15,750 bases of DNA from Promethearchaeota archaeon (GTDB lineage Archaea > Asgardarchaeota > Lokiarchaeia > Sigyniarchaeales > SOKP01), in the NCBI GenBank assembly GCA_016839705.1, contig JAEOTR010000068.1, positions 1-15,750 on the forward strand, in the 5' to 3' direction. Positions 1 through 6,511 of the stretch are shown piece by piece. The notes under the pieces were generated by a model that saw only the letters and a list, made by a program, of their open reading frames with translations, did not search any database and was not told the DNA's origin. Position numbers and translations under genes: made by a program. Every line of letters begins with the position of its first letter. Within the stretch, counting starts at the first letter, position 1.

Positions 1-3000
1 ACAAAAGAATCTCCTTCAACCCATATTTTCCCTTTGTAATTATTTAAGATTCTCTCGACCAAAAGAAATCCTAAAATTATATCTTTAATTTTACTATCCT
101 TTTCTCTTTCTTTCTTGAATAGCATATTTTTCCCGATATTTAAGATCTCCTTTTGATAATCGATAAATTTTACTTTTATAAAATTAGTGTTATCTTGGTG
201 GCTTCTAAAAATAATAATTTTAAGTTTAATTATGGGATTTGGATTATATCTAATCGAACTGATAAGTATATTGACGAAAACATCTATTAGAAATTTATCA
301 GCTTTTACATATAGATCCTCAGAGGGTTGTTCAACAGTTATATTAATTCTTTTACTTGAATAACTGTTTGTAATAAAATCTTTAACATCGACGATAACAT
401 TGTTTAAATTTACTGGTTCAATTAAAACATTTGTTTGATTAATCATTGTTAATTTAAGTATTATGTCTATCAAGAGTTTACTATTTATACATTGATCTTT
501 AACATTTTCTAATATTTCTCTTTTGGATTTTAAAATAATTTGATTATCAGCCTTTTCATATTCGTTTAATGATAATTGAATGTTCTTTATTATAGAATTT
601 ATATCATTCACGAATAACTCTTTATAAAAATACTCTCTATCAAATTCTTGGTGGATTGTTTCTTCACTTATGCGTAAATGCTCTTCAGCTAATTTGCGTA
701 ATAATACATTTTTAAGAATATCTGAAATAATGCTTAGCAAGTCTAAATTTTCTTCTATCCAATAATCTCTGTCCTTAATATTATCAAAACTAATCATTGC
801 TTCCAAAATCCCGTTTATTTTTACTGAAAATGTTAAAAAATTTTTAGCTCTTTGATTATCAAGAAAAAACTTTAAATTTACTGCTTCAGTAGGAAGGCTG
901 TCTACACTTTTAATATACAAATAATCAGATTTTAGTAATTTCTCAGTTAACCATGGAAAATTATTCATTTGAATATTTTCAGGTAAACTTATTTGGGGAT
1001 AGATCACCTTTCTATACCAAACATAATTTCTTTTTATGAAGTTAAAATTTTCATTAAGAATGTAGAGGTACACTCGCGTTGCGTTAAAGAATTCGCCAAT
1101 ATCTCTAAGTGAATCTATTATTGCCTGATTAAAATCTAGTATACCTACAAACCTCGATACAATTCCTGTAATAATAGTTTTTAATCTGGAAATTTTCTTT
1201 AATTCCTCTTCTATTTTTTTCTCTTCTGTTATATTCTGACAAATTATTTGATAAAACGTTTCATCACCAATTTCAACTAAAGAAGATTGCATATTTACCC
1301 AAATGAGGTTGCCATTTTTTTGAAAAAGTTGAATTTCTAACGGAGGAAAATATTTGCCTCTTTCTTCTGTTTTCAATCTTTTAAGAACTTCTACCATATA
1401 ATCTTGATGGATTAGTGAAAGATCTACAAATTTTTTTCCCATTAATTCGTCTCTTGTATATCCTAATGTTTCTTCTAAAGCAGGATTAAAATCAACTAAA
1501 GAACCTTTAGGGTCGATTAGTAGAATAGAAAAAGGTGATTCTTTGAACAGATGACGATATTTTATTTCAGAATGCTTTAGTTTAATTTCTGCTTCTATTC
1601 TCTGACTAATATTTCGAATTATATATTGAACAAAGATTTGACCCCCCATCTGAACTTCATTAACACTGATTTCAATGGGAATAAGATTCCCAGAATTATC
1701 AATAACCTCTAATCTTAAAGGAAATGGGTAATCAAGCTGATCAAATACTTCTTCATTAAAATCTATATTAATAATACCACTTAATATTTGGCTTGAATGC
1801 AAACCAATAAAATTTTCAAATGGCCGTTGAAATAAATCCTCAGCTTCTTTGTTAACATCTATTATTATTCCTGATTTTTTATCAATTATTAAAATGGCAT
1901 CTCGAGCAGCTTTAAATAAAGCCTCATAACGCAATTCGGCCATTTTAAGCGCTTGAATCGAAGGTTTATATAAAGCAATTTGATTAATTATTGTACTGTG
2001 AATAGATTCAAGAATATCTACTACTTGTTTTTTATTTGAATAATTTTTTTTTATATCGTCAAATTGTTTAAGGATGAAAGAACTAAATTGGTTAATAATA
2101 TTCTTCGGAATTTTTTCATTGTAGTAAATTATTAAAGACAAGGGTAACAAACCACCTCTAATACTCTCATTGTGAACGTAGTCACTATAAATCGCGGCAT
2201 TAGAATTTAAGTGAGGAAATGGGAGAATTACTGAGGTTGGTCTAAATTCATCTCCTCCAAAAATTAACTGTGATATTGAAAAACTTTTTATGGATATCAA
2301 TTCTGGATTCTCAAAAGCATCTTTAGGATGAATCGCTTCGATTTTAATACCTAGATTTTCATCCCATCTACAAAATATTATCCCAATTTCTCTTCTTGGA
2401 GTATATTGATCAACTCTCTCTGCAATTTTAAGTGATAGCCAATTAAACGCCTCATCAATATTTATGTTTTTAATCCCACTTGTTAAAAATGATTTCATTG
2501 GCCTCTTTCCGAGTTTCTTCACTCCCATGGCTTCTTCTAGATCTTTTATATCTAGTTCTTTTAAATCAATCTTATTAAAAAGGATAAGAAGTGGCAATTC
2601 ACTTAATTCTGGTTTTCCAGCAATTTCATGTAGTAATTCGCGTGCATATGAGAATTTTATTTTATCAGAAACATCTAATACAAAAATCAACCCATCTTGA
2701 TTTTGTAGATAAGGTTTCCATACTTCCTTAACTTTATATTTTCCAGGTATATCGTGGGTTAATAAAGATAAATTATTAACTAAAATTTTAGAAATGTCTA
2801 CATTTATAGTTGGAAATATTGTCTTTGATACTGATTTTCTTCTCGTTCTAATTATTGTCGTTTTCCCCGCCAAAGAAAGCCCAAAAATTAGTATTTTTGC
2901 CTCCTTTTGTTCAAATATGACTTCTTCTTCTGGAAAAGAGATATGAAAAGTATTGAGTAATTTTCTAATTTCTTTTAGTTTAGTAGAATCTCCTTTATAA

Positions 3001-3350
3001 ATTTTAGAGTCCATATAAAAAGCCTTGAAAGCTTCTTCGATTTTTTTGAACTCTTCAACAAATCCCTCTAAAAACTCTTGAGCTAAAACAGAATTAATTT
3101 TGGATTTGCTATCAATAACTAATGAAATTAAAAGAAGCTCTTTTTCTGTTCCTGAGTAGGCACTCGGAATATCAAAGATTAAATTAGCTGTTTTAAAAGT
3201 TCCAAACGTATGTATAAAAAAACCGTTTTCATAGAGATCTATCAATAAGGGAACCTGTTTGATGTCTTCTCTTTGAATAGTTTCAGGGATTTTTAAAAAA
3301 ATTTTTGGATGAAAATATGGGTTCCGATGACTTAAAACTAACATTCTCAA
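1..3350 (-). CDS. Multidomain signalling protein, 3'-partial: longin/uDENN-like + Arf-like small GTPase + longin/uDENN-like + 2x PAS + GAF + degenerate (pseudo) histidine kinase
   Basis: Not in the ORF track because no stop codon falls inside the window. Manual translation gives an uninterrupted frame from TTG 3350 (ATG at 3344; GAGGT ~9 nt upstream of the TTG) to position 1. GTPase motifs: G1 GLSLAGKT (2882-2859), G2 PT (2813-2808), G3 DIPG (2753-2742), Arf-like WKPY..DGLIFVLDVSD, G4 NKID (2576-2565), G5 TSG (2483-2475), terminal AFNWL. PAS-like ELRYEALFKAARDAILIID..RNISQR (~1935-1600) and EIKYRHLFKESPFSILLID..NGNLIWV..QNITEEK (~1570-1220). GAF-like ~1140-700. HisKA/HATPase-like ~630-1, ending YKGKIWVEGDSF. 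Confidence 0.9.
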   Translation of the reverse strand, partial: MRMLVLSHRNPYFHPKIFLKIPETIQREDIKQVPLLIDLYENGFFIHTFGTFKTANLIFDIPSAYSGTEKELLLISLVIDSKSKINSVLAQEFLEGFVEEFKKIEEAFKAFYMDSKIYKGDSTKLKEIRKLLNTFHISFPEEEVIFEQKEAKILIFGLSLAGKTTIIRTRRKSVSKTIFPTINVDISKILVNNLSLLTHDIPGKYKVKEVWKPYLQNQDGLIFVLDVSDKIKFSYARELLHEIAGKPELSELPLLILFNKIDLKELDIKDLEEAMGVKKLGKRPMKSFLTSGIKNINIDEAFNWLSLKIAERVDQYTPRREIGIIFCRWDENLGIKIEAIHPKDAFENPELISIKSFSISQLIFGGDEFRPTSVILPFPHLNSNAAIYSDYVHNESIRGGLLPLSLIIYYNEKIPKNIINQFSSFILKQFDDIKKNYSNKKQVVDILESIHSTIINQIALYKPSIQALKMAELRYEALFKAARDAILIIDKKSGIIIDVNKEAEDLFQRPFENFIGLHSSQILSGIINIDFNEEVFDQLDYPFPLRLEVIDNSGNLIPIEISVNEVQMGGQIFVQYIIRNISQRIEAEIKLKHSEIKYRHLFKESPFSILLIDPKGSLVDFNPALEETLGYTRDELMGKKFVDLSLIHQDYMVEVLKRLKTEERGKYFPPLEIQLFQKNGNLIWVNMQSSLVEIGDETFYQIICQNITEEKKIEEELKKISRLKTIITGIVSRFVGILDFNQAIIDSLRDIGEFFNATRVYLYILNENFNFIKRNYVWYRKVIYPQISLPENIQMNNFPWLTEKLLKSDYLYIKSVDSLPTEAVNLKFFLDNQRAKNFLTFSVKINGILEAMISFDNIKDRDYWIEENLDLLSIISDILKNVLLRKLAEEHLRISEETIHQEFDREYFYKELFVNDINSIIKNIQLSLNEYEKADNQIILKSKREILENVKDQCINSKLLIDIILKLTMINQTNVLIEPVNLNNVIVDVKDFITNSYSSKRINITVEQPSEDLYVKADKFLIDVFVNILISSIRYNPNPIIKLKIIIFRSHQDNTNFIKVKFIDYQKEILNIGKNMLFKKEREKDSKIKDIILGFLLVERILNNYKGKIWVEGDSF

Positions 3351-3571
3351 ATATAAACAACCTCTATTTGCTAATATAAAATTAAGCTCTATTGCTTCAT
3401 AACTGAATTATTTTATTCAATTATATATGATTATAATACTCTGGTCTAAACATTAATGCTCTTAATTTTAGATTATAAAACTTAACTATAGTTTACAAAT
3501 AAAAATTCGAGTACAAAAATGTATCAATTTTTAATCCTAAGAAATTTAATTCTGAAATTTTTTAATGATAA

Positions 3572-3702
3572 TTAACTCTTTAGGATTTCTAATATATCAT
3601 TCTTTAATATTTCCCATTTTCCTGCGAGACTATGCCATATCCTTCATAGAGAATAAGTTTAGCATAAGGAATTCCTTCAGCAGTCTCGCGCACAAGGTCC
3701 AG
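3572..3702 (-). pseudogene. 3'-terminal relic of an alpha/beta hydrolase paralog, frameshifted
   Basis: Reads LDLVRETAEGIPYAKLILYEGYG, then after a 1-nt frameshift at ~3635 HSLAGKWEILKNDILEILKS*. This matches the C-terminus of the 5524-6378 hydrolase (EDVRITAEGIPNAELILYEGYGHGLVMKNPKQMGKDILEFLKAP). There is no similarity upstream of ~3702. Confidence 0.85.
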
Positions 3703-3864
3703 AATTATATTGCTAGAAAAATCGAAAGCAATAATTTTTGCACTTTTTTCCTTTTATGTCTAATTAACTGTTAGTTTGATACTTTTTTTGCACAAATTTG
3801 AGAATGAATAAAAAGAAAGGATGATTAGATTTTATTCATAAATTCGATTTTATAAGTAGAAATC

Positions 3865-5217
3865 ATGCTAATGAATAAATCGAAAAAAAAAGGTATTCTG
3901 GCTATAATTAGCGTTTTCATGCTTATGTTTTGCATTTTCACTTTAAGTACTAAACTAATTCAAAAAAATAATTTTGACTTAAATGAAAATAGTAAAAATT
4001 TTGAAACTTCTGGATCAATAGTTGAAAATCCTATTTTTATTAATGGAAGTGCTACAGGTTTATCAGCGCATAATTGGACTTGGGCGGAGGAACAATTTTG
4101 GTGTGGCGGTTCAGGTACTTCAATTGATCCTTATTTTATTGAAAATTTATTAGTTGATGGAAATAATCAGAGTAATTGTATTGAAATTCATAATTCTGCA
4201 AAATATCTTATAATAAGAGATTGCACTGTTTTCAATTCGCGTTTAAATGAATCAGATCCGGGTGCGGGATTTTTCCTCGTAAATGTTACTAATTTGACAT
4301 TAATCGATAATGAATGTGATTATAATGCATACGGTGTGTTTATGGAACAATCTAGTTATAATAACATAACTGGAAACTCAGCAAGTTTTAATACGTGGTC
4401 AGGGTTTTATTTTTCTCTATGCGTTAACAACACGATGTCTAAAAATGTAGCAAATAATAATATAGGGGTACAATTTGAAAGTATGGGTATTAATCTAAGA
4501 CTTTGCGATTTTAACCTCGTTTTTGAAAATATCGCAAAAAATAATAAATATGGAATATGGCTTTCGGGCTCAGTTTCTATATGGGGTAGTCATAATAATA
4601 CTATCATAAATAATACAGCATCTTACAATGAGATTGGTATAGCTCTCTTTGGGGACTTTGGCAGGTGTTACAATAACACTTTATCTGGAAATGTTGTCTC
4701 TAATAATATAGACTATGGTATCCGTGTATCTAGGTCTCCTCAGAACATTTTCCGTAAAAATACTGTAAAAAATAATGAAAATGATGGAATTTATACGTAT
4801 AAAGAATCAAATAATAATACCTTCTCAGAAAATGCTTTTATTAAAAATGGGATGACGGGTTTAAATATTGGATACCAGTCATATTGGAATCTTATTTATT
4901 ATAATTGTTTTAGTGGAAATGGATTAAATGCTCAAGATGATGGAACTAGTAATGAATGGGATAATGAATTTTATGGTAATTATTGGGACAATTATACCGG
5001 TTTAGATACCGATCACAATGGAATCGGGGATGTTTCGTATAATATATCAGGCATAGCGGAAAACCAAGACCGTTTTCCATTAATGAAATGCCCATTTTCA
5101 ATATACCAAGATACTGGAGGTTTTCCTTTTGAACTCATTATTCTAATATCGGTTATTAGTGGAGGTGCTGTGATAGGTGTAGCAACCCTACTGTTAATTA
5201 GACGTAAAAGGAAATAG
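3865..5217 (+). CDS. Secreted, C-terminally membrane-anchored parallel beta-helix protein (NosD/CASH-like)
   Basis: Signal/anchor KSKKK followed by a hydrophobic stretch. NWTWA..WCGGSGT..PYFIENL cap. Many Asn-rich PbH1-type repeats (NNITGN, NNTIINN, NNTLSGN, YGI). GNYWDNYTGLDTDHNGIGD..Y..DRFPL motif typical of NosD-like archaeal surface proteins. C-terminal TM helix plus RRKRK. Confidence 0.85.
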   Translation: MLMNKSKKKGILAIISVFMLMFCIFTLSTKLIQKNNFDLNENSKNFETSGSIVENPIFINGSATGLSAHNWTWAEEQFWCGGSGTSIDPYFIENLLVDGNNQSNCIEIHNSAKYLIIRDCTVFNSRLNESDPGAGFFLVNVTNLTLIDNECDYNAYGVFMEQSSYNNITGNSASFNTWSGFYFSLCVNNTMSKNVANNNIGVQFESMGINLRLCDFNLVFENIAKNNKYGIWLSGSVSIWGSHNNTIINNTASYNEIGIALFGDFGRCYNNTLSGNVVSNNIDYGIRVSRSPQNIFRKNTVKNNENDGIYTYKESNNNTFSENAFIKNGMTGLNIGYQSYWNLIYYNCFSGNGLNAQDDGTSNEWDNEFYGNYWDNYTGLDTDHNGIGDVSYNISGIAENQDRFPLMKCPFSIYQDTGGFPFELIILISVISGGAVIGVATLLLIRRKRK

Positions 5218-5267
5218 ATAAAATTCTAACTACTCAAGCTCATATCTCATCACCAGCAAAAGAATAA

Positions 5268-5462
5268 CATAGAAATAAAATTCGCAAATCAATTTTTCTA
5301 ATCATTACCGTCTTCATAGATCAGCCGAAAGAAATTGACGACCACATAAGAAAAATTGAAAATCTTCCATATATTAAGGAAGTTATAAGTTTTGTGCCCA
5401 CTAAAATGTTTTATTTCGAAAATTGGATTGATAGACTAATTAAAAGCAATATTCTCGATTAA
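5268..5462 (+). pseudogene. Start-less 3' gene fragment, possibly the C-terminal part of an archaeal Lrp/AsnC-type regulator
   Basis: Open frame between stops with no upstream start: ..IFLIITVFIDQPKEIDDHIRKIENLPYIKEVISFVPTKMFYFENWIDRLIKSNILD* (TAA 5460-5462). The strand-helix-strand pattern resembles an Lrp RAM-domain end, but the family call is tentative. Confidence 0.45.
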
Positions 5463-5523
5463 TTATAAAATAAATTCCTGTTATACTATTAAAAATCACT
5501 TGTACTAATTTCTATTGATATAT

Positions 5524-6378
5524 TTATGGAGCTTTTAAAAATTCTAGAATGTCTTTTCCCATCTGCTTCGGGTTTTTCATTACCAGCCCATGTCCATAGC
5601 CTTCATAAAGAATTAATTCAGCATTAGGGATTCCCTCAGCAGTAATGCGAACATCTTCGGCGGGATAACCGATATCTAAATCCCCACTCATTACCAAGGT
5701 TGGTGCCTTAATTTCTCCCAATCTATCTTTAAAATTCATCTCTCGATCTGCTCGAACTTCATTTAAGAAATCATTTGGATAAACTACTTTTCCTATAACC
5801 CTTTTCCCAAGTAATCGTGTACAAAATTTAGCAATACTTCTAGTAATTCTTGAAGAAAATATCAAATCTAATATTGTCGCAAAAGATTTTCCATATTTAC
5901 CTTGTTTAAAATATTCTGCTGATTTTTTCTCGATTTCTACCCCTCTCTCACTCAATCGATATGCAGCAGAAATAATTACTAACTTCCGAACTGTATCAGG
6001 ATGGTCAGCAGCTAAGTAATGAGCAATTTGCCCTCCCGTAGATACACCCATTACATCAACACCTCTTTGAAATTCCTTCCGTATCATCTGCGCATAGTCC
6101 TCTGCCATTTTATCAAACAAATAGTTCTCAGGTAAGTTTTGCTTACGCCCTATTAGGTATACGGTATACTCCTCTGTAAATGTTCTTGCGGATTTTACAA
6201 ACTGCTTTAACGCCATTCCTGAGGGTGGCTCATGCTTAAATGATAACGCTTCAATATTTACTAAAATGTTTGGTTTGTTCCCAATTCGAGCATAAGGAAG
6301 CCCATCTTCAAAAAACCCTGTTTCGACATTATACTTCGTTTTTAGTTTTTTATCTTTATCCTTCATTTTTATATCCAT
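5524..6378 (-). CDS. Alpha/beta fold hydrolase
   Basis: Nucleophile elbow GVSTGG, HPDTVRKLVIIS, IKAPTLVMSGDLD (acid residue), YEGYGHG (His). The Ser-Asp-His triad is intact. Alternative start ATG 6366. Confidence 0.92.
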   Translation of the reverse strand: MDIKMKDKDKKLKTKYNVETGFFEDGLPYARIGNKPNILVNIEALSFKHEPPSGMALKQFVKSARTFTEEYTVYLIGRKQNLPENYLFDKMAEDYAQMIRKEFQRGVDVMGVSTGGQIAHYLAADHPDTVRKLVIISAAYRLSERGVEIEKKSAEYFKQGKYGKSFATILDLIFSSRITRSIAKFCTRLLGKRVIGKVVYPNDFLNEVRADREMNFKDRLGEIKAPTLVMSGDLDIGYPAEDVRITAEGIPNAELILYEGYGHGLVMKNPKQMGKDILEFLKAP

Positions 6379-6511
6379 TCTCTATGATATTAGAATAATT
6401 CAGCAAATTTCTGTTAGTTTTTCAAGAATGAATATATAAAACTACATTATACTTTATTCTTTTCGTTTGGCAAATTAAAAGGAATTGTTTAGATTTTTTA
6501 ATTGTGGTTAA

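Noticed and set aside
2464-2700. 78-aa plus-strand ORF
   Set aside because: Antisense shadow of the GTPase domain of the large minus-strand gene.
3484-3493. Palindrome AACTATAGTT
   Set aside because: A 10-bp AT-rich palindrome is expected by chance, with no supporting copy.
3565-3774. 69-aa plus-strand ORF
   Set aside because: Lies antisense to the hydrolase relic and has no recognisable features.
3865-5217. nosD / nitrous-oxide reductase function
   Set aside because: No nosZ/F/Y neighbours. Only the beta-helix fold is supported.
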